A stretch of 62,234 nt of DNA, taken from the NCBI GenBank assembly GCA_002427845.1, contig DIYZ01000279.1:1-62234 (forward strand), written 5' to 3'. Position 1 is the stretch's first letter, and every line of letters begins with the position of its first letter. Positions 7,401 through 15,249 of this stretch are shown here, in pieces. The notes beneath the pieces are model-generated. The model saw only the letters and a program-made list of their open reading frames with translations, was not told the DNA's origin and searched no databases. The position numbers were made by a program, and so were the translations under genes. The DNA is from Chloracidobacterium sp. UBA6041 (lineage in GTDB: Bacteria; Acidobacteriota; Blastocatellia; Pyrinomonadales; Pyrinomonadaceae).

Positions 7401-10082
7401 CCCTTTGGGCATCTCTTCCTGGAGGTCGGTTTCTTTTGGTGCTGGAGCCAGCGAAACAGCCTCTTCGAGGTAGTCATTGGCTTTTTCATACTCTCCACGC
7501 AGGTTGGCGAGCGTGGCAGCCAGAGACAGCACATGCCTGAGGCTATCCTTGTCTCCCGCGGTGCGCGCAGCTTCCATAACCTGCTGGACCAATCTAGTCG
7601 TCTCCTCAACCTTTCTGGATTGCCAGGCAGTCTCTGCTGCGAGCAGGAGTGCGGTCACGGCCCGCGCCTTGTGGCTCTCGCGCTCGAGGATCCGTCCCGC
7701 CGCTTCCGCCTCTTTTAATGCGGCATCCACGTCTCCAGCCATTCGGTGTGCCTGGGCCAGGAGCATTCGCGCGTCTCCCTCCAGCGCCGGGTCACCTACC
7801 CATTCTTCATCGAGAAACTCGAGTACTGTCCTGGCGGCGCGCGCTGCCTCCTCGGGGCTGAAAGCATCGAGCGCAGTCTTGGCCATGCGCAAGCCATACT
7901 CAACTGTTTTGTCTGGAACGTCTCCCTGGGAGAAGTGATGGACCAGCTGCGGGTAGACTCGCTCAAGTCTTCCCCCGTGACGCTTCTCGACCTCCTCAGC
8001 ATATTTACGATGTAACGACCTTCGCTTGCGGCGCGAAATTGCACCGTATAGTACGTCACGAACGACACCACTTGAGAAGGTCAAGCGATCACCACGCGAC
8101 TCCCGCTCTTCCTCGAGGAGTCCCTCATCTACGAGACGGTCAATCGCGTCCTCAACATCCTTTGTGCCGGCCAGCGTTTCCAGGTCGCGAAAGTCAAAAG
8201 CCTTGCCAATGACCGAAGCAATAGAAAGAATCTCACGCAGTTCCTCAGGCAGGCGTTCAATACGTTTTTCAACCGCCTGTTGAATTGTGGCCGGCATATC
8301 ACCGGTTGAGAGTTCAGTGGCCGCACCCAGACTCCAGGCTCCTGTTTGGTCCTTTGAGATGCCGCCGGAATCGAGCAGCGAGCGGACCAGTTCTTTCGTG
8401 AAGAATGGGTTGCCCTCAGTTCCCTCATAGAGTTTCTCCACCAGGCTGTCGGCCAGTTTAGGCCCGCCAATGAGTGTTTCAAGAAACAGGCGATGTTCTG
8501 CTGGTGAGAACGGTCCGAGCGCGATTGCCGAAAAACGGCGGTCTCCGCGGAAACTTTCAAGCATGCGGAGCAGCGGATGGGAGCGGTCTACTTCACTTGA
8601 GCGGTAGGTACCCACGATCAGTGTGGGTGTCGGTCCTAATCGTCGAACGATGTATTGCAATGCCTCGATGGATATCTCTGCCGCATGTAGATCTTCGAGG
8701 AAAAGAATCAGCGGCTTTCCCGCTGCCAGGCGCGTGAGTGTTCGCGCCAGCAGCTCAAAGACCTGGGTCCTGGTTTCGGGTCCCTGTGTTCCGCCAAGCG
8801 ATCCTCCAGTCTGGGCCAACTTTGAATCGCCCATCGCGGCGCCGCGAATCTCACTAATCTCCGTAAGCATGGGAAACAGTGACACGAGATCTGGGGCAAC
8901 ATCTGAAAGCTCTATTAAGTTGTCAGGAGAGCTGGAGGTATCCTTTAGCCGGAAGTATTCCTGAATGGCTTCGCAGAATCCCTGATATGGGAACGCCCCA
9001 TCCTGCTCAATTGATCGCCCATGAAGCACCAGTAGTTTGCGGGCTTTGGCCAGGTTCTCGATCTCGTCCAGGAGTCGTGTCTTGCCTACACCGGGCTCAC
9101 CCGAAACCACGACAAATTGGCATTCACCGCTAATGGCGGCATTGAGTCGCTTCTGCAACTCAGCTTGTTCTTTCTCTCGGCCGATAAACGGAGAGAGCGC
9201 CACCCGCGGTAACATCAGTGTCTTCGTCAATACCACTGATTTGCCAAGATCGCTCTGATGCAGTCGGGTTTGGCAACGCCGTAGAGAATCAGCGATCTCA
9301 CTCGCGCGTTGGGGTCTCTTAGCCGGATCCTTGGCGATACAGGTGAGTATGGCTGCCTCGAGGTCCTCATTGATGTCGGCACCCAATGAGCGCGGCGGCT
9401 GGGGAATCTCATGAACTATGCGATAGAGAATTGACTGGAGCTCACCTGAGAATGGCGGTTCGCCGGTAAGACACTCGTACAGCACAGTGCCGAGAGAGTA
9501 GATGTCCGAACGATGGTCCACACCGCTAGCCGCTACCTGCTCTGGACTCATGTAGGAGAGCGTGCCGGCAATAGTTCCGGTCTTGGTGATGCGACTCTCG
9601 CTAGCCCCTCGGGCAAGACCAAAGTCCATGATCCGAACTCTGACCCGGGCACCATCCTCACGCACCACCATGATGTTCTCCGGTTTAATATCACGATGAA
9701 TTACGCCGCGTGAGTGGCTGTATTCAAGTGCTTCCGCAACCTGAATCCCAATGTCGATAACCTCGCCAAGCGTGAGCCCGCCTTCGCGCTGGAACCAGCG
9801 CAGATTTGTCCCCTGGACGACGGGCATGACAAAGAATAGTGATCCTTCGTGCTTGCCAAAGTCGAAGATTGGCACAACCGCGGGATGATCCATCTGAGCC
9901 ACCAACTGCGCTTCGCGCTGAAAGCGTTGTTCCGTTTCGGGGCTCAGCAGTGTTGGAGGAATAAGCTTGATGGCTACTTCGCGGTTCAATAAGGGATCAT
10001 GTGCTCGATAGACGACGCCCATTCCGCCGCGACCCAACTCCGTCCTGATGTCGTATCGGTTAGAAAGCCTTTGACCGATCAT
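4407..10082 (-). CDS. multidomain Ser/Thr kinase - STAND/AAA_16 NTPase - TPR-like - 2x family-5 solute-binding-protein fusion
   Basis: Single uninterrupted ORF (1898 aa from TTG 10103). The likely start is ATG 10082, preceded by GGAGGGGAG. Motifs are listed in the domain features below. I saw no signal peptide or TM-length hydrophobic stretch. Confidence 0.9.
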   Translation of the reverse strand: MIGQRLSNRYDIRTELGRGGMGVVYRAHDPLLNREVAIKLIPPTLLSPETEQRFQREAQLVAQMDHPAVVPIFDFGKHEGSLFFVMPVVQGTNLRWFQREGGLTLGEVIDIGIQVAEALEYSHSRGVIHRDIKPENIMVVREDGARVRVRIMDFGLARGASESRITKTGTIAGTLSYMSPEQVAASGVDHRSDIYSLGTVLYECLTGEPPFSGELQSILYRIVHEIPQPPRSLGADINEDLEAAILTCIAKDPAKRPQRASEIADSLRRCQTRLHQSDLGKSVVLTKTLMLPRVALSPFIGREKEQAELQKRLNAAISGECQFVVVSGEPGVGKTRLLDEIENLAKARKLLVLHGRSIEQDGAFPYQGFCEAIQEYFRLKDTSSSPDNLIELSDVAPDLVSLFPMLTEISEIRGAAMGDSKLAQTGGSLGGTQGPETRTQVFELLARTLTRLAAGKPLILFLEDLHAAEISIEALQYIVRRLGPTPTLIVGTYRSSEVDRSHPLLRMLESFRGDRRFSAIALGPFSPAEHRLFLETLIGGPKLADSLVEKLYEGTEGNPFFTKELVRSLLDSGGISKDQTGAWSLGAATELSTGDMPATIQQAVEKRIERLPEELREILSIASVIGKAFDFRDLETLAGTKDVEDAIDRLVDEGLLEEERESRGDRLTFSSGVVRDVLYGAISRRKRRSLHRKYAEEVEKRHGGRLERVYPQLVHHFSQGDVPDKTVEYGLRMAKTALDAFSPEEAARAARTVLEFLDEEWVGDPALEGDARMLLAQAHRMAGDVDAALKEAEAAGRILERESHKARAVTALLLAAETAWQSRKVEETTRLVQQVMEAARTAGDKDSLRHVLSLAATLANLRGEYEKANDYLEEAVSLAPAPKETDLQEEMPKGGRLVVALATPLGDIDPVNMELVEEQEILANVFETLLATDLEGNLIPALCEKWEVSDDGTSVFFTLRENVRFQNGQALTAQAIKDSFARSIRVARELPPGLAAIRGAAEFAKSNDKELAGILVHSDYKLEIQLPDPLSIYPALLTDYKTGITVNVDEGVDDGKPDSIPIGTGPFRMTAYSPDRIMLERNERYWKGSSAFLEEVEFRAGLSASEIASGLRSGSIDLARDLSPQDLEEFLRDPRFRGGLVESPRKNTYFLIFNSTSGSVARNADLRRALSGIVRTHDLVWQTLGRFAQPAVCLIPPAMLGYDPGRRRQTLTRDEALAMLGSAGINEPISLRAAAHPLFLDRYKSLLTTLLSIWSELGVKVEVATPTMASYLESFQNSTGIDLFIGRWNADYDDPDDFTYGLFHSRVGLYRAYISSAEGDPILEEARTESRPGVRALLYRKYESFLQESGMVLPLFHDVDYRLANSKVLGLTLHGSAPYVNYAEIGKLESVTKATDIGRAGGGTIEVPITGTLHRLDPSLAGTMEDAEVLPSIFETLTRDVGGARIVPWLATDFTAEQGGKRYRFRLRDDVRFHDGRKLTPRDVRYSFERLLLNPDSTGRFFYSPIRGAKALLNGEQSDLAGFRIHSADEFTIELDEPVSFFPALISYHAAAIVPEGSDKFGGGWQEGSVGTGPFRVVKFEPGVRLELERNKTYWRSGYPKIEGLTFNFGVAPTDILSQFRAGRFSLASDLLPADAEVLRREPEFASGYHEMPRLITYYAAFNSHRGPLKDKRLRQTLAQSIDVASVVRQTLGRLAVPAHGLIPPGLLGHDSTYAPRMPSASASAPPQPGVEMELTAVLNPVFFGEYAAFSREISRSFREQQVTIRPMNKTIDEWLEAVAQGSVDVVLGRWAADYPDADTFANILATKEGLLGQLCGSTEVDRLIARGRSETSPAARHAVYRQIEEIIARDRLLLPLFHEQTYRFARPEVEGLSLSYGVIAVDYASLRIHG
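4410..5882 (-). other. domain: solute-binding protein family 5 module 2 (aa ~1408-1898)
   Basis: PSIFETLTRD..IVPWLATDFTAEQGGKRYRFRLRDDVRFHDGRKLTPRDVRYSFERLL, GTGPFRVV, LERNKTYW, RWAADYPDADTF. Confidence 0.7.
5949..7403 (-). other. domain: solute-binding protein family 5 module 1 (aa ~901-1385)
   Basis: ILANVFETLLATDLEGNLIPALCEKWEVSDDGTSVFFTLRENVRFQNGQALTAQAI, GTGPFRM, LERNERYW, RWNADYDDPDDF. This pattern is typical of DppA/OppA-like proteins. Confidence 0.7.
7449..8486 (-). other. domain: helical / TPR-like region (aa ~540-885)
   Basis: Ala/Leu/Glu-rich repetitive helical sequence, e.g. ARMLLAQAHRMAGDVDAALKEAEAAGRIL and LANLRGEYEKANDYLEEAVSL. Confidence 0.55.
8604..9191 (-). other. domain: P-loop NTPase, AAA_16/STAND-like (aa ~305-500)
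   Basis: FIGREKE..., Walker A GEPGVGKT, Walker B-like LILFLEDLH. The kinase plus AAA plus helical-repeat layout resembles PknK/MalT-type proteins. Confidence 0.75.
9279..10055 (-). other. domain: Hanks-type protein kinase (aa ~17-275)
   Basis: GRGGMGVVY, VAIKLI, HRDIKPEN, MDFGLA, SYMSPEQ. Confidence 0.9.
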
Positions 10083-10528
10083 CTCCCCTCCATGAAAAAA
10101 CAAGTCGAAAAGCTGTTAGAGTAAATCGTGAGTGTTTTGTGAGCGTGAGGAAAAGGAGCGCTCGTTAAGGCGCTCTTTACCAGTGAACCAAGCGGACACG
10201 GAAGTTGTAATAATAGGCCACGCCTTTACGGAATGTATAGTGGCGCGGATGAAACGGTACGGCGCAGTGCACTTGTTTGGTGATCGACTTACCAAAGCGC
10301 TTGCTGACGCGCGGGGCTTTTGCCCCAGCGGTATTAGTTTTTATTCCGAGCAGCGAATCCCACGCGTCCACTGACCTAATTCGGCCGCCCGGTCTCTCGC
10401 GGACACAAGTTGAAGATCCGCTCCGCCTGGGGCACACTCTCTTGTTCAAAGCGCTCATGTTTTTATTCCCGACGTACCTAATCGGAGAATAGCCGCGGTT
10501 AGTTGCGACCTAAAAGGAGGGTGGTCGT

Positions 10529-11149
10529 ATGGATCCTGATCCAATGCAGTATGTGGAAGAGCAGGACGATCATGAGAAAAACAAAGAGGTGGCGGATGCT
10601 AAGAGCTCAAGGAAACTGAATACGCTCGTGGCGATTTCAGTTGCGCTCCTGGCCACCTTCATGGGCATCTGCAAGGTCAAAGACGACAACATCGTTCAGG
10701 CCATGCAGCAGGCCCAAGCCGATAAGATCGACAATTATTCATGGTTTCAGGCGCGCAACGTAAGGGAAGAGATTGCCAAAGCAACCATCGCGGAACTAAC
10801 CGCACAAGCGGCTTCGGCACCGCAGCAAGCACAAGCGGCGTATCAGGAACAGATCAAGGCATATCAGGCGATCGAGCAGGACCAGGCGGAGAAGAAGAAA
10901 ATTCAGCAAGCCGACGCCGAAAAGGCTGACAAGACGTACAACGAACTCAATTATCACGACGACCAGTTTGATCTGTCCGACGCCATGCTGGCCCTGGCTA
11001 TCTCGCTGTTAGCGCTGACCGCACTGACACAAAAGCGCTGGCTCTTCGTTCTCGCAATGGTCCCCACCTTCTTCGGCACACTTATGGGGTTGGCCGGGCT
11101 TTTTGGTTGGGCGATTCATCCGAACGCCCTCACAAGATTGTTGTCTTAG
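10529..11149 (+). CDS. DUF4337-like membrane protein
   Basis: 206-aa ORF with SD AAAAGGAGGG 7-8 nt upstream. It has an N-terminal TM (LNTLVAISVALLATFMGI), NYSWFQARNVRE, a coiled-coil Q/A-rich middle and C-terminal TMs. Confidence 0.7.
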   Translation: MDPDPMQYVEEQDDHEKNKEVADAKSSRKLNTLVAISVALLATFMGICKVKDDNIVQAMQQAQADKIDNYSWFQARNVREEIAKATIAELTAQAASAPQQAQAAYQEQIKAYQAIEQDQAEKKKIQQADAEKADKTYNELNYHDDQFDLSDAMLALAISLLALTALTQKRWLFVLAMVPTFFGTLMGLAGLFGWAIHPNALTRLLS

Positions 11150-11167
11150 TGTTTAGGAAAACGCCGC

Positions 11168-12043
11168 ATGAAAGACTTCAGACTTGGCCTTTACGCGACG
11201 CGGATAACCAGATTCCTGGCTGGGGCACTGGCCCTCTTACTCGCCGGCGCCCTTGGCGGTTTTACCGCTAAGGTGCAAGCGCAAGATCAGAGCACCCCCG
11301 ACGAGCCCGACTTCATCGTCCCGTCCCGGCCCACCGTTTCCAATCCAGCCCAGTTTCAAAAGCCGGGTGTCTTGCAATTAGAAGTTGGTTACAACGCAAA
11401 CTTTCAAGCTCCCGGCATCCATCTCCAACAAGACATGCCGCTGGCGTTACGGTTTGCGGTTAACAGGCGATTGTTGCTGGAGTTTGATGGAGACAGCCCC
11501 AGTTCTCAGACCGTTGCGGGTGTGAGAACGACCGGTGCAGGCGATTCGCAGCTTGGCATTCAAGTAGTGTTGCAACACGAGAAGGAATCGCGCCCCGGAC
11601 TCTCGGTCGCCTATTACATCAAGCTTCCAACGGCAGATAGCGCCCAGGGCTTAGGCACTGGGCGAGTGGACCACAACTTCATCGCGCTGGTGAGCAAGAA
11701 GATCGGCGGGACGACGCTCGACTTTAACACGACCTTCCTGTTAAGTGGACGCACCACTGATAACGGACATGCATTGAGCGGTCAGGGTGCGTTGGCAGCC
11801 TCGCACAACGTGACCAGGCGTATCGGAATTCAGGGAGAGCTCAGCGGCTATTCCCGAAGCGATGCACAGTCCGGCGCGATGTTGGCGCTCGCGGCAGTGA
11901 CTTACCAGATCAATCGAAGATTAGTGTTAGACAGTGGATCACGCTTTGGTCTCACACATGATGCTCCACGCAGCGGCTTATTCGCCGGACTAACAGTCGG
12001 TATTGGCGATCTTTACAAACACCGCCACGCCAGAGGCAGCTAA
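11168..12043 (+). CDS. outer-membrane beta-barrel transporter-like protein (MetA-pathway/phenol-degradation-like family)
   Basis: 291-aa ORF with signal peptide ..ALALLLAGALGGFTAKVQAQ and an alternating beta-strand pattern. Begins PSRPTVSNPAQFQKPGVLQLEVGY. Confidence 0.6.
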   Translation: MKDFRLGLYATRITRFLAGALALLLAGALGGFTAKVQAQDQSTPDEPDFIVPSRPTVSNPAQFQKPGVLQLEVGYNANFQAPGIHLQQDMPLALRFAVNRRLLLEFDGDSPSSQTVAGVRTTGAGDSQLGIQVVLQHEKESRPGLSVAYYIKLPTADSAQGLGTGRVDHNFIALVSKKIGGTTLDFNTTFLLSGRTTDNGHALSGQGALAASHNVTRRIGIQGELSGYSRSDAQSGAMLALAAVTYQINRRLVLDSGSRFGLTHDAPRSGLFAGLTVGIGDLYKHRHARGS

Positions 12044-12295
12044 TCGCGCTTCGTCAGTCCGTTTTCGGGCGCGGGTTCAACACGCACGGAGAAAGCGAAG
12101 CGAAGCGCGCCGAGATTAGAGGTGACTGGAGCGACTAGTAGCATCGGTTTTCCGCCCTGGTCCGTTTGCACCGCCACGGCAGGGCGACGGCCACTTTGCT
12201 CGCGGTGATTATTGTTGGGCATCGTGCGACGCATGAGACTGAATGCTGAATCTTATTGCTTTGCCTGGTAAAAAGTGTGCGACAGAATACGTTTT
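12040..12295 (-). pseudogene. PemK/MazF-family toxin remnant (frameshifted, 3'-truncated)
   Basis: Frame B reads HREQSGRRPAVAVQTDQGGKPMLLVAPVTSNLGALRFAFSVRVEPAPENGLTKRD*, which aligns by eye to the MazF core (SEQGGVRPVLVIQND..IVAAITAQ..). The N-terminal piece FLPGKAIRFSIQSHASH lies in another frame. The stop overlaps the end of the convergent OMP gene. No antitoxin ORF is seen upstream. Confidence 0.5.
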
Positions 12296-12311
12296 GCTCT
12301 TTCGCGTCGAA

Positions 12312-12731
12312 TCAGACAATCTGCTTCTGCAATAGCTCCAGTAATTGCTGCGCCTGCGGCGTGCGGAAGCGATATTCAATCGTCCCTGACCAATCAGCAT
12401 GAAACAGTGCCGCGTCAAGAGCGACGCAAAGAGTTTCTCCATTCTCCAGCGAGTACCGCATCGCACGGAGGCGTTCGTCCGTCAGAGGTACGTTGATGAT
12501 GGGGTTGGAGCCCCACAGGGCAAACAGCCGTGCTTTCGTTAGGCCGATGGAGGTGGTGAACCACCGTCGCTCCCATGCACTTGATTTCCCGGGTCTATGA
12601 AAATTAAGGTATGTAACAGAACCTTTTACGCCCTCATCTAAAAGGACAATGCCTTCAGTCTGCAACTGTGACATATAGGATGCGGGAATCTTTCCGATAC
12701 CAAAGAGCCGATATAAAAATGACTTCGCCAT
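12312..12731 (-). CDS. hypothetical protein
   Basis: 139-aa ORF with a strong SD (GAAGGAGGGGattagtATG). I recognise no family. Confidence 0.6.
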   Translation of the reverse strand: MAKSFLYRLFGIGKIPASYMSQLQTEGIVLLDEGVKGSVTYLNFHRPGKSSAWERRWFTTSIGLTKARLFALWGSNPIINVPLTDERLRAMRYSLENGETLCVALDAALFHADWSGTIEYRFRTPQAQQLLELLQKQIV

Positions 12732-13048
12732 ACTAATCCCCTCCTTCAGCCTTACGATTGCCTCCTCCTGGAAACCACTTCGACAATCTGATTTCGCACT
12801 TTCTGCGGATTCATTTCTTGAAATATACCGTTTGCCAGTGTCTCTGGTGACAAGACTTGCATCTCCTCATAAGGCGTTGCGTACCCGCCGCCTTCCATCG
12901 TATCCGCCCGAATCCCAGACTGACTTCACAACCCTCACACCGAATCATCCATGAGCGCGATTCCGCCTCCATAGACGACGCTAGACTTTTCGGTAAAACC
13001 GAAACTACCTCTGCGCACGGTTCTGATACCGCATTCAGCCGCCGCAAC

Positions 13049-13083
13049 TTCATCATCCCGCATTCATCATTCATCCTTGACCC
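13049..13083. repeat. heptamer array TTCATCA-like (x5, degenerate)
   Basis: ttcatca tcccgca ttcatca ttcatcc ttgaccc. The minus strand reads ggatgaa tgatgaa tgcggga tgatgaa, directly 3' of the exonuclease stop. Confidence 0.65.
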
Positions 13084-13088
13084 GGTCG

Positions 13089-13955
13089 CTACCGCTCGCG
13101 ATTCTGTAGGTCCCGTACACGCGTCGCCAGGCGCGCATCACCAATTTTCCCTTCGACCTTCCCTTCGATCTTCTTTGCCACTGACGGAAATGACGCGGTC
13201 GCTCCGTTCCAGCGAAGTTGTTCGACATCGTCGAAGAGCGGCGCGTCGATTCGCAGCGTCGCGAGGTGCTTGAAGAGCAGCGCGCGTTCGAGATTATTCC
13301 GCTCGGGGTCATTCCTGAGAACATCGTCGGGAAACTGTTCGATGTGGCCGTAGCGGTTGATAAGTGTCGCGGCTGTTTTAGGCCCTAAACCCGGGATGCC
13401 AGGATACCCATCAGCGGCGTCACCCACGAGCGCGAGGTAGTCCGGGATGAACGTGGGCGCGACACCGAACTTCGCGCGAATGGCTTGCTCATCACGAATC
13501 TGACCGCTTCTCCGATCCACTTGAACTACGCGCTCTCCGACGACGCATTGCGCGAGATCCTTGTCCGGCGTCCAGATGCACACCTTCTGCACGCGCTCGT
13601 CCTGGGCCGCAATGTGTGCCGCGGACGCGAGCGCATCGTCAGCCTCGAACTCGATCATGGGCCACACGGCAACGGCCATCGCGGCGAGCGCCTCCTCGAG
13701 CGGGTGGAACTGCGCAAGCAGGGCCGGCTCGATGCCCGCGCCGGTTTTGTACTCCGGCCAAAGATCATTGCGGAACGACTCGATTACGTGATCAGTTGCG
13801 ACACCAATGTGCGTCGCCCCATCTTCGAGCATCTTCGCAACCGTATTAAGCACGCCGGCCACGGCGCCGAAAGGTGGATCGGTTTTCTTGAAACGCCGGA
13901 TGCCGTAGAAGTGACGAAAGAGTTCGTATGTGCCGTCAATGAGGTGAACGATCAT
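13089..13955 (-). CDS. 5'-3' exonuclease / flap endonuclease family protein
   Basis: MIVHLIDGTYELFRHFYG, FEADDALAS, H3TH motif GIPGLGPKTAATLINRYG. The ORF extends to 13982, but those extra codons lie in a heptamer array. Confidence 0.85.
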   Translation of the reverse strand: MIVHLIDGTYELFRHFYGIRRFKKTDPPFGAVAGVLNTVAKMLEDGATHIGVATDHVIESFRNDLWPEYKTGAGIEPALLAQFHPLEEALAAMAVAVWPMIEFEADDALASAAHIAAQDERVQKVCIWTPDKDLAQCVVGERVVQVDRRSGQIRDEQAIRAKFGVAPTFIPDYLALVGDAADGYPGIPGLGPKTAATLINRYGHIEQFPDDVLRNDPERNNLERALLFKHLATLRIDAPLFDDVEQLRWNGATASFPSVAKKIEGKVEGKIGDARLATRVRDLQNRER

Positions 13956-13968
13956 GCGCAGGGAGCGG

Positions 13969-13996
13969 TCAGCAGTCAGCAATCAGCAATCAGTGG
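13969..13996. repeat. heptamer array TCAGCAG TCAGCAA TCAGCAA TCAGTGG (x4)
   Basis: Read directly. The minus strand has four TGA spaced 7 nt apart, starting 1 nt after the VOC gene stop. Confidence 0.85.
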
Positions 13997-13997
13997 A

Positions 13998-14384
13998 TTA
14001 CTTCTGGTCAAGCACGGACAGGATATTACCGGCGGGATCCTTGAACCAGGCAATGTTTGGGCCCTCGCCACTGGCTGTACCGCGAAAGATACCTTTTCCA
14101 TCTGTTTTAATGTCGCCTTCGTAATGCTCAAAGCGTACGCCGAGTTTGGTGAGCTGGTCTACCGCTCGTTCAATATCGTCCACTGGAAAGTTTAGGATCG
14201 TGAACGTGGCTGGTTCATGGTTAGGCTTCGGATATATGAACACCTGACCGCCACCGGCGATCCGCAGCCGTAAGCCTTCTTCTGTTTCGGAAACTTCCAG
14301 CCCAAGTGTTTGCCCGTAGAATTCTTTCGCTTTTTGAATGTCGTCTACTGAAAAACTGCTAAATGCGCGGGTGTCTTTGAACAT
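13998..14384 (-). CDS. VOC (glyoxalase/bleomycin-resistance) family protein
   Basis: 128-aa ORF containing [21 protein letters not shown] ... [12 protein letters not shown]. Confidence 0.8.
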   Translation of the reverse strand: MFKDTRAFSSFSVDDIQKAKEFYGQTLGLEVSETEEGLRLRIAGGGQVFIYPKPNHEPATFTILNFPVDDIERAVDQLTKLGVRFEHYEGDIKTDGKGIFRGTASGEGPNIAWFKDPAGNILSVLDQK

Positions 14385-14408
14385 AGCGTTACCTCCCTGC
14401 CTTTATAG

Positions 14409-14445
14409 TAAATCGTGGATCGCAAATCGAGTAAATCGTAAATAG
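14409..14445. repeat. heptamer array TAAATCG-like (x5)
   Basis: taaatcg tggatcg caaatcg (ag) taaatcg taaatag. agtaaatcgtg also occurs at about 10119-10130. Confidence 0.65.
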
Positions 14446-14479
14446 TCGCCTTCGGCGTGATTATCTGATCGGCCGGCGT

Positions 14480-15127
14480 TTAATCGGGGTGCACCGTTGG
14501 TGCATCCGCGTGAGGCACAAAGCAACGGCGGCAGCGGGCTTCGTACATACCGCCGGCGCCTACTGCCACGCGTTCTTCAGATTCAAAGGTACGTTGCGAG
14601 TAGTTGGCAGGCTGGCCACACTTCATGCAGATAGCGTGAGTTTTCGTGATGTATTCGGCAACGGCGAGTAGTTGTGGCATTGGTTCCCAGGGCTTGCCGG
14701 TGTAGTCCTGGTCCAAACCGGCGATAATTACACGAACCCCGCGGCGCGCTAATTGAGTGGCCACATCCACTAACGCATTATCGAAAAATTGGCCTTCGTC
14801 GATCCCGACCACTTCCGTGTCAGGGTCAACCTTCGCCAGCACTTCCGAAGCGCTGCGAATGTTTGCCGACTCATGCCGCATCTCTGAATGCGAGACGATG
14901 TGATCGTGCGAAAAGCGCGAATCGATCTCTGGCTTGAATACCTGCACCTTCTGACGCGCAATCTTCGCGCGCCGCAGCCGGCGAATCAGTTCTTCTGATT
15001 TTCCGGAAAACATCGAACCGGCAATCACTTCGATCCAACCTGTGGTTAAGCGTGAATGGTGAGTCGGCTCGCCATCATTAGCCTGTGCAATAAGTTCGTC
15101 CATGTTCGTCCTAACTATTCTTGCCAC
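14480..15127 (-). CDS. tdk: thymidine kinase
   Basis: P-loop [11 protein letters not shown] and a C-terminal zinc-binding pair CMKCG..CRRCF. Start is either GTG 15127 or ATG 15103. Confidence 0.9.
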   Translation of the reverse strand: MARIVRTNMDELIAQANDGEPTHHSRLTTGWIEVIAGSMFSGKSEELIRRLRRAKIARQKVQVFKPEIDSRFSHDHIVSHSEMRHESANIRSASEVLAKVDPDTEVVGIDEGQFFDNALVDVATQLARRGVRVIIAGLDQDYTGKPWEPMPQLLAVAEYITKTHAICMKCGQPANYSQRTFESEERVAVGAGGMYEARCRRCFVPHADAPTVHPD

Positions 15128-15249
15128 AGAAGCACCGAGTCACGTAGCAACAAAAGTAGCAATATTTTATTGCAATGAATAGACGACCTTTGATGAAACC
15201 CGGCTGGTTTTACTCGCGGACTCCTTTGTGCCTCTGCGCCTCAATTTCT

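Noticed and set aside
4768-9713. Many 60-170-aa ORFs on the plus strand inside the giant kinase gene (for example 7477..7938, 6646..6966, 8623..8964).
   Set aside because: These are shadow ORFs antisense to a long, well-supported CDS. They are Ser/Arg/Pro-rich, as expected for the reverse frames.
10132-10458. ORFs of 80 aa (plus strand) and 93 aa (minus strand) in the 425-nt divergent region between the giant kinase and the DUF4337 gene. The minus ORF ends ..HPRHYTFRKGVAYYYNFRVRLVHW, which vaguely recalls the N-terminal strand of IS200/RAYT-type transposases.
   Set aside because: I recognise no family. There is no convincing SD, the composition is highly basic and noise-like, and the motif is at the wrong end of the ORF for a RAYT, with no room for the rest of such a gene. 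It is most likely promoter/UTR DNA.
13485-14195. 236-aa plus-strand ORF spanning the exonuclease and VOC genes.
   Set aside because: It is antisense to two well-supported minus-strand genes and crosses their intergenic heptamer array. I recognise no family.
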